The notes under the pieces were generated by a model. It saw nothing but the letters and a program-made list of their open reading frames with translations. It was not told where the DNA came from and did no database searches. Position numbers and translations under genes: made by a program. A DNA stretch of 64,000 nt from Lingula anatina (Eukaryota; Animalia; Brachiopoda), in the NCBI GenBank assembly GCA_051362555.1, contig CM120641.1:3534001-3598000 (forward strand), given 5' to 3'. Below, one piece after another: positions 14,116 through 28,900 of the stretch. The first letter of the stretch is position 1. The number at the start of each line of letters is the position of its first letter.

Positions 14116-16828
14116 GTAAGTGGTTATAGGCTAGAGAGTATGCAGAACACATTGTCAAATTTCTGAAGCGAGCAAGGTCAGTTTGACTGATGCTATTTGT
14201 GTACTATAGGTGTGAATTTTTTTTTTCATGGTAATAAATAGTAACTGATCAGCTTCACCTTGATAATGGACCAAACTTGAAGCTGTAGAGGGCTGAGGCA
14301 GGGTGAACCTTTGGTCTGTGCGGCATATCACTCTTGTTACCTCATCAACACATAGCATTGCATGGTTTTCTCATTTAGAAGGAAAATCCATTAGTGGCCT
14401 TGGGAAAGTTTGCTATGAGAAGGCTTTCAACTATGAAAAACAACAGCTCATGTGGCTGTATGTATAATTTCCAGCAGTTTCAACTGTGGACAACTGGATT
14501 TACTTGTCTGTGTAATAACGATGTCTCTGACCAAACCCCCACTAACCCCCTCCTGCCCCCCCCCCCCCCCCCCCCCCACCTGGTTCTCCTGGGTGTTCTC
14601 CTCAACAATATCCTTATACTTACTCACTTGACGCTCTTACCTCTAACTGCCATACATTTTATGTGGTGAACAGTTAACCGGTATATTCCACTTAAGGGCT
14701 TAGCATTTTTTTGATAAGATTATTAATTTGTCATATTAGAACCCAAATTTCTTTGTCACATAATTAAATTTTTATCATTATATTCTTGTTATCAACTGGG
14801 CTAATTTTCTGATGTGCTTGGGTTAAATATTTTAAGGCCTTTTTAAATGAAATAATAGTTTCATTTTAGCTGTGACTGGCACTCCCAAGTCACATGTATC
14901 ACAGCGGTATGTTTTTGTTACAAATGACAGAAAACATCCTTCTATTTCTTACAACATGTAGCAATGGAGAACATGATAAACATTGACACGTGGGTAGTTT
15001 TGGTTTGTCATGGTGGCTTCTTAGCTCAGTATTTCAGTTGCTGCTTATTCTTATCAAATTTTAGAGTTTTCCAGTTTGGTCCTTGGAATGTCAAGTGTTA
15101 CATTAGAGAAAAAAAAAATCAAAAATTGCAGGAGGCAAGACCATGTAACTCCTCATTACTCGCCATTTGAATCAAAGTCATGTTGAAATGTTTAATAAAT
15201 TTGGCAGGTCACAAGAGCAGCTTTTGGAATTACATTCCTTTGAACCTGCCATTAGAGAATCATTAAGTGGAGCTACTTTGGCTAGGTATATGCTATTAAC
15301 TGATCACAGTGTTTCTTGCCACTTTGCTTCAGTTCTATCAATGCTAAATGTTTAAAGTAATGGTATTTCCAACAGGTTAGCTCCAGCACACTGTAGTTCT
15401 TACTGGTTTCAACTTTTAAATATTTTTAGATAATATTTTATAATGTGCAAAACTAGACCCTTTAATTTTAATGTTTGCAATGCCAGTGGTCAGTTACAGT
15501 TCTACCTGTCCATCCCAACCAGTGCAATACCTATCCAGCCAACTGCACACTGGGTGCAGCAATTAACTGGGGTATTACTCAGGGATTACATGTGCTTTTG
15601 TAATCTGCGCAACTTTAAGTAAAAACTGATGAGAACTGAACTTCTGGGTGTCAGCATACCCCTAGCATGTAAGATTGATAGGTTTTAAAAGGTCCAAGTC
15701 TACTGCATATTAAGGTTCCAGCTGTTATAGCAAGGAGTAGAGCTGTGTTCAGACAATGACCACGTGAGACTGAAAACATGTCTAACTTGTGTTGTCAGAG
15801 GACCAGATTACAAATAGAGAAAATAAAGTCTCTTTTATCCATCATCTGATGATGCAAGTTAGTTTGGTTTCGGGTTTAAACAGCCTTGTCTGAAGAGACC
15901 TTTGAGCACTTTTTATGCTGGCCACGGTATAATGCAGTATAAAAAGATTACTCGGTGACTCACTCTCGCAGTCAAGGGAATTGTAAAATACATAATATCC
16001 GGGCAAAGGAAATGGCAGACCCACACTTTGACCTATATCACAGTAGTAGGGATAGTGGACAAAATAACTCTTGTACAGGCTAGACCATTATTTTATTCAA
16101 TACAGAACTCTCTGAAACTTGAAGTAGTTTATCTGGCATGGCCCGGGGACTGAGTCACTTAAAGAAGCATGTTGTCAAATTAAAAGTCCCATGTTAAGGG
16201 TTCTGATCATGGTGAAGATAGTAGACTTGTTTTTTTAAAAACCAGGAGATCAAGTGACACATTACATCATAGGTTAATTGTTTTATTTCAGGATCAGTGG
16301 CTATATATAACTGGAAATTCTTGGAAATTTCTTTGAAATAATGCTCTTTTACTTATAAACACCAAGTTTTCTTGGTATTAAAAAATGGAACATAACAGGT
16401 CTTGTGATGAAGCATGAAATATTTTCTGAATTTGTCTATAGACAAACTGCCCATGTTACAAGGATTCCTGCTGTCATTTAATAGTGTCGATTAAAAGGGT
16501 GATTGGTTGTTGTGAAAACAAACTACCAGAAATGCAGAGTTCATCTTGAAGGAGAGAATATTTTCTTCTCACCATTTGGCTCATTTACACTAGCAAAACT
16601 GGCTCTAGCGAATTGCGTACCAGATTTGCATCAGTTTGTGCCTAACTACCTAGGGGAAAAAAACTGATGACATTTTTTTTGCAGCAATTAGATTTCAAAG
16701 AGACCTGCAGATGGTTAAATTCTGGCCTAATGGTTTCAAAACATTGGCATTAGGTGTGCACCAGTAATTCTGTAGATATTGATTGAATGTAAATGCTCCT
16801 ATTGACTCCCTATTTCTTCTCGTTTCAG

Positions 16829-16930
16829 ACGGATGGCAATGCAAGCTTCTTGCGGGCTGCACGTGCTGGTAACTTAGAGAAGGTCTTGGAATATTTGAAA
16901 GGCAGCACAGACATTAACACCAGCAACGCT
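16829..16930 (+). CDS. ANK2: Ankyrin exon, ANK repeat 1 ([34 protein letters not shown])
   Basis: ttcag| ... |gtgagt, 102 nt, phase 0-0. Confidence 0.95.
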
Positions 16931-19900
16931 GTGAGTATTCCTGATATGTGGTAACTGAAGTGTTCCTCCTACAAATATGCCATCCACAGTTTATACTGCC
17001 AAAAATGTTTCTTGCTGTTTTGTCTTATAACAGGATATCATCTTTGTAAAGGTGAAACAAAGGTGTACACAAAGTAAAAAGTGCCACCTCCCCCCTCCCC
17101 CCCCCCCCCCACACACACACACACACACACACACAATTTTTTTTTTTAATTGATGATAATTAGGAGGAATATATTATCAGAAAAATTCAAAGTAAATAAG
17201 GCAAGTGACCGGTAAAAGTATCTGTGCACTGGAAAAAAGGAAATGAAGCATCACACCCATTCATTATAACTTAAAATTGAACCTGTGCGTCATCGACAGA
17301 AAGATGCCCAAGCGTGAACGAACTTGAAAATGCATACTTATGGTACATACATTAAATTTCTGCAGACAAGATCTATATCTGAACAATAGCTGGAACTTCA
17401 TCATTGAACTCCAAGCCAAAGGAAAATAACCCGCCATCATTGACTGTAGAATTCTAAGCATAGACCATTAGAACTGTCTGCATTCACGTTTATTTCCCAG
17501 GTGTTGAGATAAAGACAAGAGGGGCAATGAGGAATCAAGAGTATTGATCTTTGCTATGCAAATTCCATAATGGAGTTTATTGCCAGAGTTGCAGTATTAT
17601 TATCTTACATGAAGGTTGCCCCCACTGTTATGCCAAGGGAGTTTTCCTAAGAGAGGCGTGCAGGAATAATGAGTTTAGGTTGAATCATCATGTAAATGTA
17701 ACCGTCCTACCTGGAATGCAAGATAAGCTTCTAACATTTTGTAATGAACAGCCTGTATGGATTTTTAATGGAACTGCATTTCTGGGGCTTAATTCAATAC
17801 GTGCTAAGCAGATACACGAACTCTAACAAAACACTGCTTCTGGGTAAGAATGTGGCTCATCTCTGATCTGCAGATGCATTCAATTTCATGAGTGACAAAA
17901 TTACTTTATCTGGAGAAACAAAAAGAAAAAGAGATAATACCATTAAAGATTTTATGAGATAAGACAGTAAAATCCATTTGGTAGCATGGAAACTGACAGT
18001 GGCATATTTGAATAAAAAGAATTGATTGTTTTGTCACATCTGCTTACATTATACATTACAGTATAGAAAATCTGCTAATGTGAAATTCACCATAAGGCAT
18101 GTGAGAAGTATTATTATTATTGTTTTTAAATAATGTTGAAGTGGGTCATGTGGTATGTCATGAACTGTCTGTGAAACATCAAGAATGTCATAACATCTGG
18201 AATAGAATTACAATGAAGTGCTCTTTGGGTCTTTTTTCATGTAATTTGCTCAAAAGCACAGGAAGCCCCATCTGTACTTTCCAAGAAACAACCATTATAC
18301 CCTAATTGATTTTTCTGTTCATCATCGATGTTTGTTTCTCTTTCATTTGTAGAAGCTCTAATATGATTTGCAAAACAGTTTATCTGATTTTACATCAGAA
18401 AAGAAGATTGTTTGAATATTTTCCCCATTGCTCGACTTTGGGGACCTGACTTTATTAGGTGGTGTCCAATATCTGAATATCTGAATTTATTTACTCAATC
18501 ATTTTATGCCAGTGAACATTATATCACACATAAATTTAATAAGTGTAAGTGTCTGGTATGAAAGGGGGGTGGGGTGGAAAGAATAAAAAGATGAAAAGTC
18601 AGAAGAGGCCATTTCTCATCGACAAAAGTGAAGTCAGCTATTATTAAAGTATTTCTCATAATTTCCTTCAGTATTAGCCTGCTTATTAGTTATCTGACAG
18701 TCTTCCAAATTATCTTTGTTGAGCCATCCTCCATTTTTGACTGTCTTCCAACAGAAAGAATTAGATACCCATCAATGTAATCTTGAAAATCTGACCATCT
18801 TCCAGAAGACCCAGAAGACAGCCTCAATCCGCCCCTGACTAGTCCAGCCTTAGTCACTGGGTATTCTAACCATATAGTGGGTTGTTTCTGTACAAGTCAG
18901 CTAGGTACAGCAAGCTAACAGCTGGGTACTAGTGTTATCAGACAAAACACAGCAAGATACAGAATACTTCAAATAAATACCCTGATTGGTACTCACTGAC
19001 CATAACGTTTATAGATGTATTTTCTAAAAAAGGTTGTGCTGTATGCATCCATGTGCAGACAAGAATATAAATTTCTTGACTTTTTCATTGAGAATTTTGT
19101 TAAGAAAAGAAAAACTATGGCCTGTAGTAAGGTAGCCATACAGCAAAAATCTGACCCCCTTGTTATCACATCTTCAATCGTGTTATCCTCAACAGACTGC
19201 CATGATGTGAAAAACATTCCCTCCAATCAAACCATTTCTTGAGATAATCTAGTTGATAACACCTCATCAACATGTCTGCAGTTTGCAATCATTATGCAAC
19301 AAGTCATCATCAGCTGTCATTCCTGGAAATTACTGATTACTGTGAATGGGTCTCGTACCATAGAGCATATCATCTTTTGGCCATATTGAATATTTTAGAC
19401 ATTTTCACTGGAATTTTGTTTGATATGATAAATGATATTATTCATATGCATTCTTTATATTAATGCTTGAACTGATTGTTTTAATCTTACACTTTCTTAC
19501 ATTCAGCATGTGTTTTTAAAATAGATTATAATTACTAGTACAGTTCCTCACACATTTATTTGAAAGCCATCATCATTTCAGTCTACCATCTATGCACTGG
19601 ATATTAATCCAGGGAGAGAGTGTTTATCAGTATTTTTGCAGTAACATGCAACCCAGCTGTTATGAGTCAGCTCTTAACATTACGTAGCCCAATTAATCAT
19701 AATTGCTCTTGACGTTGTGTTGAAGATGATAGGTGTATAAACAGATACCATGGTCTTGCAAAAAGAGAGAAAAAACAGCATGTTTGGCTGCTATATGAAG
19801 GATTTTGTTACCTGCTGGTTGCGATCGATCGAGTAGCGTGGATAAAGAGGCATTTTGAATAAACTGGAGCTAGTACATCTGGCCTTGCTTGGTTCCGACA

Positions 19901-22900
19901 AAGATTTTTTTGGCCACAAAATGTTTTTTCTTCTTTGGGTGACACATTGTGAAACAATTCACAATCTAAAATAAGGAATGCAGCAAAATAAATGTCTGTG
20001 TATAGAGTAGACCATCCTGCCACCTAGATAACATAGATGGCATTATTTGACAAGGCAAAGCATGGGGTAATGCACTGAACTCTTTCTTTGCCTTTACAGG
20101 AAAATTATAGTTTTGATTAATCCAATTTTATTAAACTGAGATTAAGATGAAATTATATATCTCATACTGAAGCTTATATTTGAAATGAAGGTTACAGAGT
20201 TTTAGCCTTAATCAGGAGGCCTTCTTCAGGTGAACTGAACTGGGTAGTCAACACCTGATGTTGGTGACAGGTTGAGCTCCAGTATGAGATTGAATTTATT
20301 TTCATCTTTATCTTAATTTACCTTAATATGTTTGTCTTACAGTTTCTTTAGTGATTGCACACCATCTGATCATTGAACATTATAGATCATTTTCACTACG
20401 AGTCATAGCAATATGTGTGAATTGATTCTGAATGAGTTTTATTTTTTTGCTTCCAGAATGGCCTCAATGCTCTCCATCTTGCTTCTAAAGAAGGTCATGT
20501 GAACATAGTAACAGAGCTTCTGAAGAGAGGAGCAAATGTAGACGCTGCAACCAAGGTAAATATGCATGCAATTCTTGTCATAATGTCTGTAATTCACATC
20601 GCTAAATGCCACTGGTATGTAGAACTTGACCAGGCCTGTGGTACATGGAACTCAACCCAGTGCCTGTGGTACAAGGAACATGACCAAGTGCCTGTGGTAC
20701 TTGGAACATGACCCACTGCCTGTGGTACATGTGACCAAGTGCCTATGATAGACAGATCTTGACCTTGTGCCTATGGTGCATATGGTGCCTGTGACTGGTT
20801 TTACAAAGTCATTGTCAGCTATTGATTGCTATCATACACAACTGAAACATTGAAAGATTTAGTTGAAGAATGTCATTATGAGAATTCATTAAAATGGTCG
20901 CAGGTCCCCCAATACATGGAAATAAACCTGGTGTGTCTGATCCACAAAACAGGTAAAAAAATACCTTTGAATCTATAACTTGTGCTTGATAATTGTTATT
21001 TAGTACCACTTACAGTCTCCTTGATTTCAAGACCTTAAATTATGATATAAGTATATTGTTTATTGTGGTATTCTTAGACAGTACTATCTTTAAAGCCAAT
21101 ATGTTGATGCTTTAGTTATAGACTGATCTTATTAAAAATCAATCATGGTATGATAAATTCTATATGTATGAATTTTAAAATACCATACCAACATGTATAT
21201 ATGACCTTTATCCAAGAGCAGTTTATGCTGTAGAATGTGTGAGATGCCAGAATGTTTATAAAGGAAAAAAAGGTTGTTCATATCCCAAGATTTTTGTTGT
21301 GTAATATTAAGAGTTGTTTGTTTGTTTTTTCTCAGCCATTATCTCCCATGTTTACCCTGCCAGATAATTCTGTGGTTTGTATACCAAAACATTGTAGTAC
21401 TTTGATAGAAATACCACCTCATCTCCTGTATGCCATACTTTCCTACACAGATTTCTTGGAGACAGGGTGTTTTGCATGTCCTAGATGAAATTTTCCTCTA
21501 TTGAAAAAAAAAAAAAAAAAAACAAAGATAATTTTATTAACCTTTTAAAAATTAGAAATAAAGATTAAAATGCAGATCTGTACATGGTAAGTTAAAAGGG
21601 TGATAGAAAGCATGTTTTAGATGTAGATATTTGATTTTAGGGTCCACACACTGAGTCACGTCTATGAAAGATAACCACTTGAAATACCCCTTTTCTCACA
21701 GTTATTTTTACAAGCTCCTCTTGGTTAAAAATTTTGGTGGAAATACTCTAAATAATGTCATTAGTAGTTGACTTTAAGATAGCTTAGTGAAACTCATCAC
21801 GCTAAACTCCAGTGAATGAAGAGAATCGTATCTGGCTCGTTGCTCCTAAGAGGTAAGGTGGTACAGGGACTGGAACTAATCACAGTTTCTAGGTTAGGAT
21901 AACATGTGAGTAAAAAAGTTTTCTGACTTTTTTCATATGTGTGTATTGATGTGTGTGGGCGGGGGTAGGAATAGCTTAATTGGTTCATCCTTACTGTATG
22001 TATTTTGTTTAGGATTTTAAAAGCAGATATTTTATTCTAGTGCTCTCAATTTACTGTATTAATAACCAACTTTATTATTATGAACTGGATATCTATAAAT
22101 GATGGATATAAATATGTAACCATCACCATCATCATCATCACTGTAAACAGATGTCCTCACACGGTTAATTGTTGCTTAATTTAAGATTTAAGATGGTTTG
22201 AGTCTGGGTCATGGAGTACGTTCAGAGTCAAATGGTACAGACTTGTACATTGTGCTGGCTAGGATTGAAATTTGATTAGGAAATTGAATTATTTGCATTC
22301 TGGTACAATTACATTTCCTTTTTTTTTTTTTTTTGGACACAAAACAAGATACATCTGCCTTAGTTGCAGATGACATCCAGACATTGTCTGGACATATTAT
22401 GTTGCTCTGAAAGTGAAAAAACATTTTCTGCCATTTTCAATATCACTAAGTCGAATTGCATGACAAATAACAGTACATTTTTGGTCAGCTGGAACATTTA
22501 TCCTGTTTTTCCCTAGTCATATTTTATCCTGTTTTTCCCTAGTCATATGAATATATTTCAGTCTATATCAGCATTTTACTGCATGTTACTCCTAGTCAGT
22601 TCATTTGTGTTCAGATATGATAAACAAGATGTATGACATGCATCCTCTTGACTTTCTGATGATTGATGTACATGGAGAGCTCCGAGGCCTAAAGGCTGCC
22701 CCATTTTACCAAGACAAGGCTCTGTTCACAGGGAGCCCACCTGTCCCGCACCAAGCCCGTATCATTCTGTTCTGATTGTTTTCCTTTTTTATCGGGTATA
22801 AAGAAATGCATCAGTAATTTATTCTTACCATAATAATAATAACAATAATGATAATAATAATAGTAATAAGATAACTTTTCACTTTACACCATAATAATTT

Positions 22901-25900
22901 TTGTGACAGCCATAATAAAGAAATGCATCAGTAATTTATTCTTACCATAATACTAATAACAATAATGATAATAATAATAGTAATAAGATAACTTTTCACT
23001 ATACACCATAATAATTTTTGTGACAGCCATAATAAGGTACAGTAATATCATTGAGAATCTGCTGAAGTAAAGCATACACAGCCAAAAACATGTTCACAGA
23101 GCCATATAGAATGGGATAGAAAGCACTTGAGAATTGTGGCATAGGTGTGATACTTTACATATTCTCACCTTCTTGCATAACATAATGCTATGCAAGCTGT
23201 CTGAGATTAGCATCATGGGGATCCAATTGAAAATCTTGTGCCAGATAAAACTGTTTCATATGCTGAAGTCACTGTAGGTGAAGGGTTAAGATGGAGAAAA
23301 ACCATGTTGCCCTATGAAAAAGTCAATGTTTGTGTTTTGAGTGATATAGTATGTCTGAGATTTGTATGAAATGTCATGGATATTTCTCTCTCACTCTCTC
23401 ATTCTTCTCCATTCTTACTTTCATTCCTTATTTAAAAATCAATATATATTGTGCTGTTCTACACTTGAATAAAAAAAACTTACATTCTCTTAAATTTTGT
23501 ATTTCAGAAAGGGAACACAGCCCTCCACATTGCATCTTTAGCTGGGCAGGAAGAAATTGTCAAAATCTTAGTACAACATGGGGCCAAAGTTAATGTACAA
23601 TCACAGGTAAGTTCATGATTTATGATTTTGTCTGAGATGTGTGTGAGTTTTTTGGGGGCAAAGCATAATATAAAGCACACTTTTATTTTTATATATTTAC
23701 GCTAGTTTGGTATGAAATGGAGTCCAATCAGTTTTATTTTGCTGCCAAATAAGGGATGAAATAATTTGATATTTTTCACTTAGCCTAAAATAATATAAAT
23801 TCAAATTTTGTGGAACATTCTCCATGCCAGCACTTATATCTAGATAAGTATTTTCAGCAGGTGAATATTCAATATGAATGTAGTTTGGGGGTTTCTAGGA
23901 ATTTAGAGGATTTATTAGCATGCCCCTCGCAGTTCCTGGATTCTTCAAGGTCAAGCTTTTCCACCTGAGCAGCTTTCAAGGAGGAGATCTTTTTCCAATC
24001 ATTATGTTTTTCTGATATTTTCCCTTACTAAAGCTGCACTCAGGCAGGTTTTCTACAGGGGTTTAAATGTCTCATGTACAGCGGGTGCTTTGGTCAATTG
24101 ATTTAGCAGCCTAATCTTAAGTTTTTAGTTTAAACCTCTTATTTTTATTGAAATATCTAAGATGATATATTATACATTGGGCATGGATTGAATTTTAAGC
24201 AACATTTTGCAATTTACTTTAGTTTGGCATATTTCTTATGTATTGAGGAATGCCAACTTGGAGTAGATTTTTTGCTGTGTCTGATGTTTGCCAACAGCTG
24301 AATTGCAGCCATTAATAAAACTAGTTCTGTCAAACCAGACATTACTTAACTACAAAATCTAAGATATTTGAAACAAAATGAGCAGAATATAAGATTTTTG
24401 TTTATCATATTTCACAGGATATATGCAATTCTACATGAAAATAACACAGACAAAAAGCTCAAGTTGATTTGTAACTGGAAACATTGGTACATTTCATTTG
24501 TAGCCTTTCTGTTTGAAAACTTTGTAAATCACCATTTTCTAAGCTGTCTAGCAAAACCAATTAACCACTTGCAGACTGTTTTAGTCAGGCAATTTTTTTC
24601 TCAGAACTACATAAATTTACCACTTGCTGGCTGCTGTATCCAGGCATTTTTTCTTAAGATGCATAATAGCATTGCCAGAAGTGGCTGCTTTCTGAATGAA
24701 AGATTGTTTAATACTCCCATTATTGTAGTTTTTTGGCCAGGATTTTATGCTTCCAAAGTATACAGACAGGAAGTTATTTAGGAGTCCATTATTGTAGTTT
24801 TATATTACAAGATGCATTGACTTTTTGAGCTCTTGAAAACTACTTGAAAAGGGGTAGGGTGACGCGACTTGTGTGCGTGTGATCCTCAACCTTCACGTTT
24901 GCAAATTCAATCAAAACCGCTTTGAAAAAATATACTATTTGGATAACAAAGATGAATATGAACCCTGATATTGTTGTAGTATTGTAAGTGTTTATTGTGA
25001 TCCACTCTTGAACAGTGACCTCATTGTGGTAGTCCTGGCTGTCTTGTGAATGAAAACCCAGACCACAAGGATTAGATGTTAAAGAGGGGGGCAAAGAGAC
25101 AGGATCTACGCTTCTGAATACCGTTGATTTCAAATCCACTGATCTCTTTTACCCCGTTCACACTACGCTCAGTTATCCGGATAAATTGCGAATTAGGTCA
25201 CAATTCTTTGTAATGCGCATTTTCAAAATCCTGCAAGCGAGGTGGATTTCTAAGCGCGATCCGGATAACTTACCGGAATCGACACCTGTACAGATCTAAC
25301 TGCGCATGTGTGCAGATAAGTGCAGGTATCTATGAACGCTTGTTTATTACTTTAGCGATTGCACCAAACGTATTTGGAAGTCACCACTCACTACAACATG
25401 AGGAAACATAAACTTATTTTGCCATCTTACACTTCTCAAGAATGCTGGAATGTCTTTTGAGTTGCATTTGTCGTCACAAATTTTTGTTGGTATTTTAAGA
25501 TTTCCTGTGTGGCGCATGCGCGAGTGTTCAAAACAGGAAGTTAAACCTGAAATTTTCAATGTGTAATTCGGTTTCGCTCAGCGTGTGTGAACCCAATACC
25601 GAATCGAATTCCTCACGAAAAATTCGGATTATAGAAATGCGCATTTTTGCAACTGTAGTGTGAATGGGGTATTTATTCCTTAATCCACTATGCCCCTGTT
25701 TCGAAGATTTTAATCAATAGAAACTTATGACTTGCTGAACAACAGAGGGTAGTCATTTTTAAATCATCTCTTTTTGGTGTGACTTTTTTCCCACCGTCTG
25801 ATTAATTTAGTAAGTTCACATGGGCAACAAATGTAATTCTTTTCTCTGTAGCTATTAGTGGAATGCCATGCATGGTGAAGGGCAAGGTGGTAAATAGGAG

Positions 25901-28900
25901 TACAAAGTGATTACATTTGCTACCTATGGTGAGCTTTATTTAAACAGATAGCATTTACAGAAGGGTCAGCATGTCTTTAATGTACTAGTTAATGCTTCTT
26001 TAGTTGTTGGCTTGAAATATTCAAATGTGTAAAAGCAGAGCTGAACTACAGATCAGATATGATTAAAAACATTGAAAGATTCTCCTGGTATTTGCTATTT
26101 TTAAGGTACACTGAATTTCAACATAAGACCTTGATCATATAATTATTGTTTTATCTTACAAAAAGAAATATGCACTGGAATATTTCTCTTCTAGGTGAAT
26201 CAAGGGACATTGCCCTTGAAAGAAAGACTTTCAATGTTTTTAATCATATCTGATCTGTAGTTCAGCTCTGCTTTTACACATTTGGAGTTTAAATCATTAA
26301 TGCCTGTAACAAATGCAACCTATGTATGTGGTATGGACTAGACGTCCAACTGGTCCATTACACTGGTCCATTACAGCCAGTTTTATTGGCAGAGAGAACA
26401 TTAAGAAACACTATAAATCCCACAGAAATAACTATGGAGGTCAAGCAGTGATGGGGGATTTTGTTTTGCTAAGGGTGGTGCACATTCTTCTTTCAGCAAC
26501 AATTTCAGGACCACCTTATTGTAAAAAAAGATATGGCAACTTCAATGTCTCAGTCTCAAAGGCCATGTAATCTTAATTTAAATAACTGAGAATTTTTTGA
26601 AAGTCTGTATTTAGTATGGAAAACTTATAAGTTTTTTTTTACCCTTTTCATGCTTCTGCCTTTTTATTTGTCTTTGCTTTGCACTTGAAACAGAAATTAT
26701 TTTGGGGATGCATTAGAATTAACAAGTACTGTTGTCTGATAGAAAATCTCATTAGTCTTGAGCAAAAGATTAATTGGAAATTATATATGGGTCCTTCTCT
26801 TTTATTTTGAAATTGATCATCCTCTAAGGATACATTTGGAAATATTGTGATTGGAATCCTACGGGTCTCTGACTGATTGAATTGATATGAGAAAATACAT
26901 CTTTATTCATGATTTTGCATTTAATTTTGTAACAAAATCAATAAGCCAAACTGAATCAGAAGCTCCACTATAATATCACAGAGAAGAGATATTGTCAAGT
27001 ATTCTGAGGTACAAGATTTACCAGCGTGTTCCTTTTATACCTGATATTTCTGCATAATATTTCTATTCTGTGATTATAGCTGGTAAGTGATGGGTTGGTC
27101 TTGTTTGATGTAACAATGTATTAGTTTAGTTGAGACAGTGTGTTAGGTTGGACAAAATTTCCATAGGGTGATACAGAGAATTAAATGTAGGTTCTCGTTG
27201 AAATATGGGCAGTGGAATTATGTGATACTTCTTAAGTTTAAAATACTTTGCATTGTTCAAAGGATTTAATGTTCTCTTCTTTACTTTCAGAACGGTTTTA
27301 CGCCCCTATACATGGCTGCTCAAGAGGACCATGCGGAGGTGGTGAAGTTCCTGTTAAAAAGTGGGGCAAATCAGGGCATCGCCACCGAGGTATGTCTCCC
27401 TTTTTCCAACATTTCTTTTTTGTATGAAAGTATTAACTACGTTGTAACCTAATGTTGATTGCATAATAATTGGAAAAATGCCTTGTGCAAAGTTCTTCCT
27501 TGTTATTTAAGAATCCAATTTCCAACTGTCTATTCTGATTTTTGATACATGAGATATTTGTTTGCTTATTTATGTACAATTAGTTTATCTGAAAAAATAG
27601 TCATATCGGTCCTGTTCAAGAAGTGCATAGAAATTCTTAGTCTTTTTTTTTTCTTTTTAAATGCAGATGAATTTTAATGGCATCTGTCATCATATTTACT
27701 AATATTGGGTGGGAAGTAACATCCTGCCTGGATTAATTGGAGTTCTTAGGAAAATTTGTTTGTGGAAATCTGAAGTACTTGACTTCAACTGGAGGGTCAG
27801 CCATGCTAGCATGAAAAATGTGAATTAACTGTGACAGTAGTCATTTGGTCCTGGAAGTAGGCAGCAGGGTTTTACTGACCTCCACTTCATAGTGCTCCAA
27901 AGCTCTAAACTCTTGACCTCTGCAAATGTTTTTGTTAGCGTTTTATTGTGGTCCTTGTCATTGTTGTACCTAATTATCTGAGATTTAGAAATTTTAACCA
28001 ATATTGATGAATTATATGTTATCTTATGTGCTTCCCAGGTGTTTTGGTGCACTGAGGTAAAACTGTGCAACCACGATCAATTTTTTTTACTCCTGCTTTA
28101 TATGTCCCATAATGCAACTGGATCATCTTCATGATGTGAGGCTTTGTTTATTGAAGGTGTCAGGTTGTGCAGAAGTTGCAAAACCTTCTGCTTACCACAA
28201 TCTCAGAGTGTTTCATAATGAGTCATACGTACACTGCTGCGATGATCAATGGGTTATTTCTTTTCTTTCTGTATTACATCACTGAGCAATGTCATGTAAG
28301 TGGTAGAGGGAAAAAAAACTTCGACAAAAGAAAGTAAAAGGGTCCAGTATATCAAAAATGAAGCTCATCAGGTGGACTCCCTTGTGCCATGCTGCACAAT
28401 GAGAAATCATGTTCAGATGTGAAAATTTCTCAAAAACACTGTACAAATATTCAGTTGCTCACACAAAAAAGAAATTAATAATCATATTGGGTGATTTTAT
28501 TGTTTCATTAACCAATCTAAGAATCTGTCTACTATTTCTAAAGACAATGAAATATGGCAGTTTTTTAAGTAAATAGATTATTTTCCCACAAGTCAGAATA
28601 TCTTTGCCATGAGGACCTTGAGGACAAATGTATTCATATACATAAAATTGTTGGAGCAAAACAGTATATGACATGCTTTAAAATACTCGAAATGCAAGGG
28701 TTGTTACACTTATGTACTGTTTTCTAGGATGGTTACAATTCAGCAGGATATTTAAGTTGGAAAGCATTATTTCATTGCATTAATGGTTTCATGTATTGTA
28801 TTGTATTGTATTGTATTGTATTGTATTGTATTGTATTGTATTGTATTGTATAATTCCAGGATGGTTTCACTCCTCTTGCCGTAGCTCTCCAGCAAGGTCA

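Noticed and set aside
2030-16024. Many 60-140 aa ORFs on both strands in the 5' region and in introns
   Set aside because: Low-complexity translations of AT-rich intron DNA with no recognisable domains
20626-20792. Repeat array superficially like CRISPR
   Set aside because: Eukaryotic intron, no unique spacers, no cas genes; it is a minisatellite
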